This document shows positions 8,912 to 18,472 of a DNA stretch of 64,000 nucleotides, piece after piece. The notes beneath the pieces are model-generated. The model made no database searches, was not told where the DNA came from, and saw nothing but the letters and a program-made list of their open reading frames with translations. Position 1 is the stretch's first letter; each line of letters starts with the position of its first letter. Origin of the DNA: Verrucomicrobiota bacterium (GTDB taxonomy: Bacteria > Verrucomicrobiota > Verrucomicrobiia > Limisphaerales > AAA164-E04); the NCBI GenBank assembly GCA_047947115.1, contig CP170459.1, forward strand, positions 5,952,001 through 6,016,000, read 5' to 3'. The position numbers were made by a program, and so were the translations under genes.

Positions 8912-10258
8912 ATGCTGAAACTCGACAAACAACAAATAACCCACTGGATCACCGAATACGGGATGATTCTGGTCCTGTTTCTTTTGGGCGTATTCTTCAG
9001 CGTCATGACCTTGAAGGAACAACAACCAACCGGAGAAACCGCCGGAAACCAATTGGCCTCCGCCATCCAGTCTCAATCATCACCTGACGCAAATATTCTT
9101 ATTGTTTCCCGGGATCTTCCTTTGGACAACGCTTTCGCATCCACATTGACCGGCATTCTCAAAAACAAGGAATACCAGAACATTCATACCGTCGTGGGAG
9201 AACCCAGGGATGCAAGAGCCAAACTCCTCGAACTACAACAATCCAACACACAACTCAGCATCATTGCAGGCAACCAAACAACATCGGGATGGTTGGTCTT
9301 TGAGGATATCCCAAACGATTTTCCAGGTTTGGGAACACCGGCAGTGCTGGGGCCGGAACGCTACCAGTGGCCGAATTTCCTGAAGAAAGACAACTTGGTG
9401 AACATCACCAATCAAATCGCCGTCATCGCCATCATCGCCATCGGCATGACCGTGGTCATCATTTCCGGAGGAATCGATCTTTCCGTTGGCAGTTTGATTG
9501 CATTTTCTGCCGTGCTGGGTTGCCTGATCATTCAAGAAGTGGCCGGGGCATTGGAAGCCTCCACTGCAGCCATGGTAGGGGCCTGCTGCATCGCCATCAT
9601 TGCGTCCGGACTGGTGGGGACATTTACGGGAGCCATGATCACAGGCTTCGCCATCCCGCCTTTCATCGTGACCTTGAGCATGATGATGATGGCAAGCGGA
9701 ACGGCTTATTTGATGTCAGGCGGTGAATCCGTTTACCAGATCCCCGCCAGCTTCGTCTGGTTGGGGCGTGAAGCCTCGTTCCTCGGCATTCCCAATGCGG
9801 TGCTCCTCATGTTGATACTCTATGTTTCCGCTCACATCATGATGTCGCGAACGAAGTGGGGACGGTATGTCTACGCCGTCGGCGGCAACGCTGAAGCCGC
9901 TCGACTGTCAGGCGTCCCCGTCAAACGTGTGCAACTGTTTGTTTACGCGCTCTCCGGACTGCTGGCTGGACTGGGCGGGATCGTCATGGCGTCCCAACTC
10001 AAAAGCGGAGCGCCCACCTACGGTCAAATGTATGAACTTTACGTCATCGCCGCAGTGGTCGTAGGAGGCACCAGCCTTTCCGGAGGCGAAGGTAAAATCT
10101 TCGGCACCCTCATCGGAGCCTTCATCATCGCCGTCATCCAAAACGGAATGAACCTCATGAACATCGAAAGCTACACCCAAAAAGTGATCCTTGGCCTCGT
10201 CATCCTCATCGCCGTCTTGCTGAACAAGATCAAGCAGCGGGGATTTCGCTTGGGATGA
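8912..10258 (+). CDS. sugar ABC transporter permease (RbsC-like) with an N-terminal soluble insertion
   Basis: GGIDLSVGS, GRYVYAVGGNAEAARLSG, IAAVVVGGTSLSGG; ATG at 8912 is in frame with ORF 8840. Confidence 0.9.
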   Translation: MLKLDKQQITHWITEYGMILVLFLLGVFFSVMTLKEQQPTGETAGNQLASAIQSQSSPDANILIVSRDLPLDNAFASTLTGILKNKEYQNIHTVVGEPRDARAKLLELQQSNTQLSIIAGNQTTSGWLVFEDIPNDFPGLGTPAVLGPERYQWPNFLKKDNLVNITNQIAVIAIIAIGMTVVIISGGIDLSVGSLIAFSAVLGCLIIQEVAGALEASTAAMVGACCIAIIASGLVGTFTGAMITGFAIPPFIVTLSMMMMASGTAYLMSGGESVYQIPASFVWLGREASFLGIPNAVLLMLILYVSAHIMMSRTKWGRYVYAVGGNAEAARLSGVPVKRVQLFVYALSGLLAGLGGIVMASQLKSGAPTYGQMYELYVIAAVVVGGTSLSGGEGKIFGTLIGAFIIAVIQNGMNLMNIESYTQKVILGLVILIAVLLNKIKQRGFRLG

Positions 10259-10510
10259 TTTTTTAGACAGGATGAACAGGATTTACATGATGGGTTCAGG
10301 AGATCGAAAAATCTGGTTCATGTTCAAACCCATTTGTCATAAAAAAGCTTCAGAATCCCCATAAAGTGTCTTCGTTAAGATATTGTCCAATGTGCCAAAA
10401 AGGATCTCAGGCCCAACAGCGGATCAGACTTGGGGACAAAACGAAAATCCCGAAAGTCCTGAAAGGACATTAAAAACATTCTGTCAATCCTGTTCATCCT
10501 GTCTAAAAAA
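10259..10510. repeat. 252-bp element bounded by 33-bp inverted repeats with 9-bp internal periodicity
   Basis: ttttttagacaggatgaacaggatttacatgat (10259-10291) matches the reverse complement of 10478-10510 (ttttttagacaggatgaacaggattgacagaat) with 3 mismatches. Confidence 0.75.
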
Positions 10511-10572
10511 CAAAACCATAGGTAATCTTGAACAGATCTTCATCTGCCCTGATAATCATACCCAAGCAAATC

Positions 10573-10911
10573 ATGACCACCGAAGCATACGAACCCGCCA
10601 CCAAATGGAGACGCGTCCTCAACGCGTCCCTGGCGGCATTGTCGGGACTCATCGCTTCGGATATGATCCTTGCCTGGGGGCTTCATTTCCTGATCGTGGA
10701 AGGAAACAACTTACTGACCGGCTCTCCGGCAACGCATTTACAGGTACGCATCATGACATTCATTGTCTCTTTGGTGGGTTTCCTGCTTTCGGTCTACTTT
10801 GGGCGTTGGCAATGGAAACGCTCCTGTCAAACCACCCACATGCAGGAAAAAATGATGACCGGAACCTGGATGCTGCTATGCATCGTGCTGTTGGTGAGAC
10901 CCAGGTTCTGA
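10573..10911 (+). CDS. small hypothetical membrane protein
   Basis: Three hydrophobic segments; no family recognised. Confidence 0.5.
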   Translation: MTTEAYEPATKWRRVLNASLAALSGLIASDMILAWGLHFLIVEGNNLLTGSPATHLQVRIMTFIVSLVGFLLSVYFGRWQWKRSCQTTHMQEKMMTGTWMLLCIVLLVRPRF

Positions 10912-10922
10912 CCCCTCCTTCG

Positions 10923-10948
10923 GGTAGGGCCACGCTGCCGCGTGGCCG
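10923..10948 (+). repeat. solitary GTAG-type REP
   Basis: GGTAGGGCCACGC-TGCC-GCGTGGCCG, nearly identical to the inverted REP arm in the 15155-17026 array. Confidence 0.7.
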
Positions 10949-11221
10949 CGAGCGCGAGGAAAACATCCAAAAACCTACCTCAGAATGCGCAAACTCCCAC
11001 AAATGAACTGCACCCTGCCAGCCCATCACAACTCACTATTTTCAAACCACTTCCCAACACTACACTATCAACCACTTCAAAAATCGAACGTAGAACTGTG
11101 CTTTCGGGAACCTTGTAAATCTGGAATTCAATTCCAGATTTACAAGGTTCGGCAGAACCAAAGAACCTGCTTGCAAACAGCACATCCCAACCTATCTTTG
11201 ATCCCAAAGCATTTGAAAAAC

Positions 11222-13273
11222 ATGATAAATTTAACGAAAACCGCCTTGTTACATATAAAATGGACTTTAATTGGCCCTTGGATGCTTACCTGCCTGCTGA
11301 CATCTCTCATCCATGCCGCCGAAAGGCCAGTATTGGATACTTCCGGTCAAAACAAAGAGGCGCGCCCTCAGGACGATTTCTTTGAGTTTGCCAATGGAGA
11401 CTGGATCAAGAACACCGAAATTCCGGCCGACAAAACGCGCTGGGGATCGTTCGTCATGCTTTACGAAGAAAGCCGCGACGCAGTCCAGTCGATTATCGAT
11501 GAATTAAGCTCCAAAATGGGGCTTGAGCAAGGATCGGATGCCCAGAAAATCCGCGACCTCTTCCAGAGCTTCATGAATGAAGATCGCATCGACACATTGG
11601 ACATCGATCCGATCCTGCCCCTTCTGGACGCCGTCAATGGCATCGACGACAAACAGGTTCTCGGCCAGGCATTCGCTCATGCCGGGCGGATGGGGATATC
11701 AAATCCACTGGGAGGCTACATTAATCAGGACGCCAAGGATTCCACCCGCTACAAACTTTATCTCACGCAAAGTGGTCTGGGACTTCCTGACCGTGATTAT
11801 TATTTTCAGGAAGACGAACGATCGGTTCGACTACAGAGAGCCTACCGCGAGATGCTCACCAAACTGTTTAAACTCGCTACCCTGAGCGAACCTGAAAACC
11901 GTGCCAACCACGCCTATGCATTGGAAAAACGCATCGCCGAACATCACTGGACCCGCGTTGAAAACCGCGACCGAATCAAGACCTACAACAAGAAATCAAT
12001 CGACGAAATCAAAGCCCTGCTCCCCTCCTTTGACACCGATGGCTACCTGGAACTGACCGGTGTGGCGTCAGAATCTTCGATCATCATCCGGCAACCTTCC
12101 TTTCTGGAAGGACTCAATCAAGTCATCGACACCGCATCGTTGGATCACTGGAAAGATTATCTACGAGCACGCGTGCTGGTCGATTTCGCTCCTTACCTGA
12201 GCGAACCCTTTTTCCTGGCACACTTTGAATTCTTCAACAAAACACTCGGCGGACAAGAAGAGCCCGAGCCGCGCGACCGCCGCGCCATCAATCTGGTCAA
12301 CGGCACACTCGGAGAACTGGTCGGCAAGGAATACGTGCAACGCCATTTCCCGCCAGAGGCCAAGGCACGCATGCTGGATCTGGTCGCCAACCTCAAGCTC
12401 GCCATGAAGGACAGCATCTACGAACTGCCATGGATGACCGGTCCCACCAAAGTAGCGGCGTTGAAGAAGCTCGAAAAATTCACCACCAAGATAGGGTATC
12501 CCGACAAGTGGAAGGATTATTCAGGACTCGACATTGATCCCAACGACCTGATCGGAAACATCATGCGATCATCCGCATTCGAACATGAACGCGAAATCAA
12601 CAAACTGGACAAACCCGTCGATCGCACCGAGTGGTTCATGACTCCGCAAACCGTCAACGCCTACTACAACCCGTCCATGAACGAAATCGTTTTCCCCGCC
12701 GCCATTCTGCAGCCGCCTTTCTTCAACATGAAAGCGGATGATGCGGTCAACTACGGCGCCATCGGAATGGTGATCGGACACGAAATCGGTCACGGCTTTG
12801 ACGACCAGGGACGCAAATCCGACGGCGACGGCAACCTTGTGGACTGGTGGACGGAAGAAGACGCGAAGGCCTACGAAGAGCGCACCGCCAAACTGGTCGC
12901 CCAATACGAAACCTTCGAACCCGAACCCGGTTTCTTCGTCAACGGCCAACTGACTCTGGGAGAAAACATCGGCGACCTGGGCGGCCTCACCCTGGCCTAC
13001 CGTGCCTACCAGAAATCACTTGATGGCAAACCCGCCCCAGCCATTGACGGACTCAGCGGCGAGCAGCGCTTTTTCCTGTCACTCGCCCAAATCTGGCGCA
13101 TCAAATCACGTCCCGAAACAACCATCCGCCGCCTCAAAACCGACACCCACTCACCACCCAAATTCCGAGTCAACGGCCCCATCAGCAATTTCACCCCATT
13201 CTACGAAGCCTTTGGTGTTAAAGATTCGGACAAACTCTGGCTACCCTCTGAGGACCGGGTGGAGATTTGGTGA
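11222..13273 (+). CDS. M13 family zinc metallopeptidase (PepO/neprilysin-like), secreted
   Basis: PQDDFFEFANG, VNAYY, HEIGH, GENIGD, HSPPKFRVNG; signal peptide. Start uncertain. Confidence 0.92.
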   Translation: MINLTKTALLHIKWTLIGPWMLTCLLTSLIHAAERPVLDTSGQNKEARPQDDFFEFANGDWIKNTEIPADKTRWGSFVMLYEESRDAVQSIIDELSSKMGLEQGSDAQKIRDLFQSFMNEDRIDTLDIDPILPLLDAVNGIDDKQVLGQAFAHAGRMGISNPLGGYINQDAKDSTRYKLYLTQSGLGLPDRDYYFQEDERSVRLQRAYREMLTKLFKLATLSEPENRANHAYALEKRIAEHHWTRVENRDRIKTYNKKSIDEIKALLPSFDTDGYLELTGVASESSIIIRQPSFLEGLNQVIDTASLDHWKDYLRARVLVDFAPYLSEPFFLAHFEFFNKTLGGQEEPEPRDRRAINLVNGTLGELVGKEYVQRHFPPEAKARMLDLVANLKLAMKDSIYELPWMTGPTKVAALKKLEKFTTKIGYPDKWKDYSGLDIDPNDLIGNIMRSSAFEHEREINKLDKPVDRTEWFMTPQTVNAYYNPSMNEIVFPAAILQPPFFNMKADDAVNYGAIGMVIGHEIGHGFDDQGRKSDGDGNLVDWWTEEDAKAYEERTAKLVAQYETFEPEPGFFVNGQLTLGENIGDLGGLTLAYRAYQKSLDGKPAPAIDGLSGEQRFFLSLAQIWRIKSRPETTIRRLKTDTHSPPKFRVNGPISNFTPFYEAFGVKDSDKLWLPSEDRVEIW

Positions 13274-13320
13274 AATTGAATGAAGAATGGTGAATTTAGA
13301 ATAGTGAATTGATGCCGCAA

Positions 13321-13569
13321 GGTAGCGCAGCGCTGCTGCTCGGCTAGGTAGATCGTGTCGACGCTCCCCTTGTGGCTTCCTTCCCCTGCATTTCAACTCC
13401 CAAAGGCAAGCCAGACAGCATACAACAACCCACATCCGCACAACTACGCTAGCGGACGGCCCGAGACAGTCCGATCTACCAAACACCCCCATCAGGTAGA
13501 TCGTGCCGTCCCTGGCGCACATCCTCATCGTATTCGAATTCACCAATGCCTCCGTTTTGGGAAGCCTCC
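13321..13569. repeat. cluster of GTAG-type REP-like palindromes (second family)
   Basis: GGTAGATCGTG... at about 13347 and 13495, an inverted GGTAGATCGGAC... ending at 13480; 13494-13569 resembles 24549-24625. Confidence 0.6.
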
Positions 13570-13744
13570 GGTTTTAGATTGTTTGTGGCGTTTCCATTGC
13601 AGTTGGACGACCATCCGAATGCCACGAGGTTTGAAGTGGGCGCAAGACAGAGCTTGCCCCTCCATGCATGAAGGGCTGGTCCGATCAACCTTTCCGTGCT
13701 TTTTCGATTGCCAATCCGCAAGCTTCCGGTTGTATGCTCTGCGT

Positions 13745-15133
13745 ATGATCAAACGCACACTGGTCAAGCATGCCCTCAAGGCAAAGGAACCCTCGGATGC
13801 CATCCGCATCGAGGGCTGGGTTCGTACGCGGCGTGATGCCAAAGCGTTCTCTTTCGTTGAAATCAACGACGGAACCAGTCTGACCAATCTACAAGTCATT
13901 ATCGACAACACGGTCCCCGGCTACGAAGAGCATATTCCTCAGGCTACAACGGGAGCGGCAATTAGAGTGTTGGGCAAATTGACTCGCTCACAGGGCAAGA
14001 GTGAGGGATGGGAGGTTCTGGCTGAGTCTTTCGAAATTGTAGGGCATGCCGACGCCTCCTATCCGCTGCAAAAGAAAGGGCACTCGGCAGAGTTTTTGCG
14101 CGAGATCGCACATCTGCGCCCGCGATCCAACCTGTTCGGTTGCGTGTTTCGTGTGCGCAGTCGGCTGGCACAGGCGGTACACCATTTTTTTCAACAGCGT
14201 GATTTTGTTTACATCCATACCCCCATCATCACCGCAAGCGATTGTGAAGGCGCCGGAGAATTGTTTCGCGTCACGACCATTGACCCGTCCAAGCCACCGA
14301 TCAAGGAAGGTTTGATTGATTATAGTCGGGATTTCTTCGAGAAACCGAGTTATCTCACGGTGAGCGGACAGTTGGCAGCGGAAGTATTCGCGTGTTCGAT
14401 GTCGAACGTATACACCTTTGGGCCGACCTTTCGAGCGGAAAACTCCAACACTTCACGACATGCCAGCGAGTTCTGGATGATCGAACCCGAGATGGCGTTT
14501 TGTGATCTGAACGAAGACATGGACGTCGCGGAGGAATTTGTCAAAAGCCTCATCGCAGACATCCTGGAGAACTGTCCGGAAGAGATGGCGTTCTTTTCCA
14601 AGTTTGTGGACAAAGGACTGACGGATCGATTGAAATGGGTATTGGACCGACCGTTCGAACGGGTTTCCTACGAGGAAGCGATCGACATTTTGTTGAAGTC
14701 GGGCCAAACGTTTGATTATCCGGTCGAATACGGATTGAATATGCAATCCGAGCACGAACGTTACCTGACCGAGAAACATTTCAAGTGTCCGGTCACGGTC
14801 TACAACTACCCCAAAACCATCAAACCCTTTTACATGCGCGCCAATGACGATGGTAAAACCGTTGCCGCCATGGATGTGCTGGTGCCCGGCATCGGTGAAA
14901 TTGTGGGAGGCAGTCAGCGCGAGGAACGCCTGGATGTGTTGGAACAACATTTCGAGCATCACCAGCTCAGCAAAGAAGATTACTGGTGGTATCTGGATCT
15001 ACGGAGATTCGGCACGGTTCCCCACAGTGGCTTTGGAATGGGATTCGAACGCATGCTGATGTTCGTCACCGGAGTGTCGAACATCCGCGATGTGATCCCC
15101 TTCGCCCGCACGCCAGGGAACGCGGAGTTTTGA
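13745..15133 (+). CDS. asnS: asparagine--tRNA ligase
   Basis: OB-fold start GWVRTRRD; YPLQKKGH, LTVSGQL, FRAENSNTSRH, EIVGGSQRE, PHSGFGMGFER. Confidence 0.97.
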   Translation: MIKRTLVKHALKAKEPSDAIRIEGWVRTRRDAKAFSFVEINDGTSLTNLQVIIDNTVPGYEEHIPQATTGAAIRVLGKLTRSQGKSEGWEVLAESFEIVGHADASYPLQKKGHSAEFLREIAHLRPRSNLFGCVFRVRSRLAQAVHHFFQQRDFVYIHTPIITASDCEGAGELFRVTTIDPSKPPIKEGLIDYSRDFFEKPSYLTVSGQLAAEVFACSMSNVYTFGPTFRAENSNTSRHASEFWMIEPEMAFCDLNEDMDVAEEFVKSLIADILENCPEEMAFFSKFVDKGLTDRLKWVLDRPFERVSYEEAIDILLKSGQTFDYPVEYGLNMQSEHERYLTEKHFKCPVTVYNYPKTIKPFYMRANDDGKTVAAMDVLVPGIGEIVGGSQREERLDVLEQHFEHHQLSKEDYWWYLDLRRFGTVPHSGFGMGFERMLMFVTGVSNIRDVIPFARTPGNAEF

Positions 15134-15246
15134 TGAGGCGAAGCCTATGGGGTTGGTAGGGATGAGCTGCTGCTCGTCCGCCTACGCGTGCGAACACGCT
15201 TCAGGCAACCCTACACTTCCAGTGCGTTCGCGGCCCCGAGGCAGCG

Positions 15247-16760
15247 CATGCGCGTCAGGATAAAAATGATTATTTTTAACGATAAAGCTGTACTTTTATG
15301 TACAGTTTGCTTTCTACTTTTCCGAATGACTCTCCAACAAATCCTTGTCAGACAATATCATCTTCAGATCTTCAACACACAACAAGACCTCAACCCAAAT
15401 GTTTGACTTTACTCCCAGATTCACAAGGGGTTTCCCTGCCTCATGAATGGCACCGATGTGCCCAAACATTAACCGGTTGGTTCGCTGATTTCGATTTCCA
15501 GACACTTGCTCGCGCCACCGGCTTTGTCCTGCGAACTCCGCGAAAAATAATGCCCGAATTTTTTCTACAAGCGACTATTCTATTGGTTTGCCAAGGCACC
15601 GCAAGTTTGAGTCGATGGGCGACTTTGTTGGGAATTTTGAGCAATAATACTATTGCCAAACAGTCATTGTGGGAACGAATGAACCAGGGCGCTGTGAATT
15701 ATATTCAATGCATCCTGGCGCTAGTATTAAGCGCCAAATCCAAAGACAATGGCCGCAACGTCCCAAACAAGTTCAATCGATTTCCACGAATCCTTGTTCA
15801 TGATAGCACGACCATCAAAGTAAATTCGAAACTGGCGGCTGCTTTTCCCGGTTCGGCTAACCAAAGTGGTTCCAAAATTGCATCGCTGAAAATACAAGCC
15901 ATTCAGGATATACAAAATCAACAATTCCTCTACTTCGGGATAAGTGGATTTAGACGTAACGACCAAACCGCAACTTATGATATTTTGAAAGTCATACGTA
16001 AGGGGGACTTAATACTCCGTGACTTGGGCTATTTCGTGATAGAATCATTCCAACAGATAGCAAACGCTGGAGCCTATTATTTGAGTCGAATCCGATTGGA
16101 TATCGAAGTGAGGGACCCAGCCACAGGAGAAAAAATCGATTTACTCAAAAAACTGAAACGATTAGGAAATTTGGACTTTGATGTTTTGCTCTCAGATAAG
16201 CAGTTACCCGTGCGATTGGTGGCCATCAAACTTCCCGATGAGATCGCGGCAGAACGGCGACGCAAAGCCAAGAGCAATCGTGATAAAAGGCGAAAGCCCA
16301 ATGCCCAAAGGTTGGAGTTGCTTGGTTGGGCGATATTCACAACCAATGTTCCCCAGAACGAATGCACAGCAAAAGAAGTGGCAAAGATCTACGGTTTGCG
16401 CTGGCGGATAGAAACCATTTTTAAGGCATGGAAAAGCCATTTTCGTATCACCGAGGTTCCTGACGGTTCTGCAGAGCAACTCCGGATAGTGGTTTGTGCA
16501 CGACTCATTTTTATTACCGTTCTTACAAACTTGATAGAGCGTGACTGGCTTGCCCCGGGGCAGACTTGCAACGCGGCGCATTTGAGCATGTTGAAAGTGG
16601 CTGCTCTACTGGGAGATTACTTTTTGGCTCTGTGTTTTGAAGCGTGGAATGTACAAGTCAGCGATGCTATCCCTATACAAATGAGATACCAATGCAAATA
16701 TGACAAACGATCTCGTCAAAACTATGAACAAAACCTCCTGGCTTTATCCTGACGCGCATG
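15247..16760 (+). mobile_element. IS4-family insertion sequence (IS231-like ends), 1514 bp
   Basis: Perfect 18-bp terminal IRs CATGCGCGTCAGGATAAA / TTTATCCTGACGCGCATG; 10-bp target duplication CGAGGCAGCG (15237-15246) / CGCGGCAGCG (16761-16770); visibly more AT-rich than the host genes. Confidence 0.92.
15298..16752 (+). CDS. IS4 family DDE transposase
   Basis: HDSTT, LRDLGY and YGLRWRIETIFKAWKS (YREK signature); stop codon inside the right IR. Start uncertain. Confidence 0.92.
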   Translation: MYSLLSTFPNDSPTNPCQTISSSDLQHTTRPQPKCLTLLPDSQGVSLPHEWHRCAQTLTGWFADFDFQTLARATGFVLRTPRKIMPEFFLQATILLVCQGTASLSRWATLLGILSNNTIAKQSLWERMNQGAVNYIQCILALVLSAKSKDNGRNVPNKFNRFPRILVHDSTTIKVNSKLAAAFPGSANQSGSKIASLKIQAIQDIQNQQFLYFGISGFRRNDQTATYDILKVIRKGDLILRDLGYFVIESFQQIANAGAYYLSRIRLDIEVRDPATGEKIDLLKKLKRLGNLDFDVLLSDKQLPVRLVAIKLPDEIAAERRRKAKSNRDKRRKPNAQRLELLGWAIFTTNVPQNECTAKEVAKIYGLRWRIETIFKAWKSHFRITEVPDGSAEQLRIVVCARLIFITVLTNLIERDWLAPGQTCNAAHLSMLKVAALLGDYFLALCFEAWNVQVSDAIPIQMRYQCKYDKRSRQNYEQNLLALS

Positions 16761-17068
16761 CGCGGCAGCGGGGCCCTACCGGAGGCGAGGCCTCTGGGGT
16801 CGGTAGGGATGAGCTGCTGCTCGTTCGCCTACGCGTGCGAACACGCTTCAGGCAACCCTACACTTCCAGTGCGTTCGCGGCCCCGCGGCAGCGGGGCCCT
16901 ACCGGAGTCGAAGCCTCTTGGGTCGGTAGGGATGAGCTGCTGCTCGTCCGCCTACGCGTGCGAACATGCTTCAGGCAACCCTACACTTCCAGTGCGATCG
17001 CGGCCCCGCGGCAGCGGGGCCCTACCGGAGGAGGAGCGTCTTGAATCAAACTCCCTATGTAGATTTCT

Positions 17069-18472
17069 CTACCGCCTTTTCCGCGTCCAGGAATTACGAG
17101 GTCTTGGGCGGTTGCGTCCGAGTTGAGAACTTTTGGCAGCTTTGTGATTTCGATTCCCATCTACGGATTTGGAGTGTCGGATGGGTTCCGCAGCGAGAGC
17201 GCAGTGATAGGCATGTTCATGGTCCGCAGGGATGGGCTTTTTGAGAAATCGTTCGATTCCCATCAGTTGCCCACGTTCCTCGGCTGAACAAAACGAAACC
17301 GCGTGCCCGGATTCCCCTGCCCTTGCAGTACGCCCGATACGGTGCACATAAGTTTCAGGTTCTTTGGGCAGTTGGTAATTGACCACGTGTGTGATTCCGT
17401 CCACATCAATACCGCGGGCAGCAACGTCGGTTGCCACCAGAACACGCACTTTGCCATTTCGAAAATGATCCAAAGCCTTCACCCGCGCGGCTTGGCTTTT
17501 GTTGCCATGGATGGCCGAGGAAATGATGCCCGATTTGTTCAATTTTTCAGCAAGCTTATTGGCCACGTGTTTCATCTGGGTAAACACGATCACCTTCTTG
17601 GTGCTGTGGTCGTCAAAGAGGGAAAGCAACAAGGAATGCTTTTTCTTGTCGTTCACGAACATGACTTTTTGCGCGATGCGATCCACGGTCGGTTCTTCGG
17701 GTGCAATAGCTACCTGAGCGGGATTCCTGAGCAGTTCCGCAGCCAGCGCGCGAATATCTTTGGGAAGTGTGGCGGAAAAAAACAGGGACTGCTTGTCTGC
17801 GGGTAATTGCTGCAAGATACGACGAATATCGTGAATGAACCCCATGTCCAACATGCGATCCGCTTCGTCCAGAACAAAGGTTTCAACCGCTTCCAGACTG
17901 ATCATCCGTTGCTGAATGAGATCGATCAATCGCCCCGGGGTTGCCACCAGGAAATCAACGCCGTTGCGCATGGCCTTTTCCTGCGGATGCTGACTTACGC
18001 CGCCATAAACGAGGGCTTCCCGCACCTTGAGGAATGATCCCAGTGATTGAATGTTTTGCTGTATTTGCAAGGCCAGTTCACGTGTGGGAGCTAGGATCAA
18101 TACGCGAGCCGACTTTTGGGTGTAAGGTTTTGGGTGATTGGCAATGTGTTGCAACAGAGGCAAAATAAAAGCCGCTGTTTTTCCGGTGCCGGTTTGTGCG
18201 CTGCCCAAGAGATCCTTGCGCTGCAGCAAATGCGGCAGGCATTCCCGCTGAATGGGGGTCGGGGCCTGGTAATTGATGGCAGCCAGGGCATGTTGCAGTT
18301 CCGGGATCAGTCCACCAAAGGGACAATCGGGTTGCCAGGTCGGCATGGTTTCCGGAAGTTGTTTGGGTGCAGTGAAAACTGCAGTGTTACCGTTTTGCCG
18401 ATCCGATGCGGACGCGGCACGATGCTTGGGTCGACGATCAAAGGATCGACGACGACGAGTCTCATTTCTCAT
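17069..18472 (-). CDS. DEAD-box RNA helicase (RhlE-like)
   Basis: Q motif PTPIQ, AQTGTGKT, PTRELA, TPGRL, DEAD, SAT, ARGID, HRIGRTAR. Confidence 0.95.
   Translation of the reverse strand: MRNETRRRRSFDRRPKHRAASASDRQNGNTAVFTAPKQLPETMPTWQPDCPFGGLIPELQHALAAINYQAPTPIQRECLPHLLQRKDLLGSAQTGTGKTAAFILPLLQHIANHPKPYTQKSARVLILAPTRELALQIQQNIQSLGSFLKVREALVYGGVSQHPQEKAMRNGVDFLVATPGRLIDLIQQRMISLEAVETFVLDEADRMLDMGFIHDIRRILQQLPADKQSLFFSATLPKDIRALAAELLRNPAQVAIAPEEPTVDRIAQKVMFVNDKKKHSLLLSLFDDHSTKKVIVFTQMKHVANKLAEKLNKSGIISSAIHGNKSQAARVKALDHFRNGKVRVLVATDVAARGIDVDGITHVVNYQLPKEPETYVHRIGRTARAGESGHAVSFCSAEERGQLMGIERFLKKPIPADHEHAYHCALAAEPIRHSKSVDGNRNHKAAKSSQLGRNRPRPRNSWTRKRR

Larger units (their letters stand above)
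15155..17026. repeat. tandem array of three 123-bp REP-doublet (REPIN/BIME-like) units; unit 1 is split by an IS
   Basis: Units start GGTAGGGATGAGCTGCTGCTCGT at 15155, 16802 and 16925 and contain the inverted arm CGGCCCCGCGGCAGCGGGGCCCTACC. The period is 123 bp once the IS and one target copy are removed. Confidence 0.9.

Noticed and set aside
13355..13744. Long N-terminal extension of AsnRS (similarly 10985-11221 for the M13 peptidase)
   Set aside because: The asnS extension runs through REP-like intergenic sequence, and family similarity starts at the downstream ATG in both cases.
15155..17026. CRISPR array
   Set aside because: The units are near-identical over their full 123 bp with no unique spacers, and no cas genes are present. 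It is a REP-doublet tandem.
16700..17126. ORFs with repeated peptide units
   Set aside because: They are translations of the REP tandem repeat.
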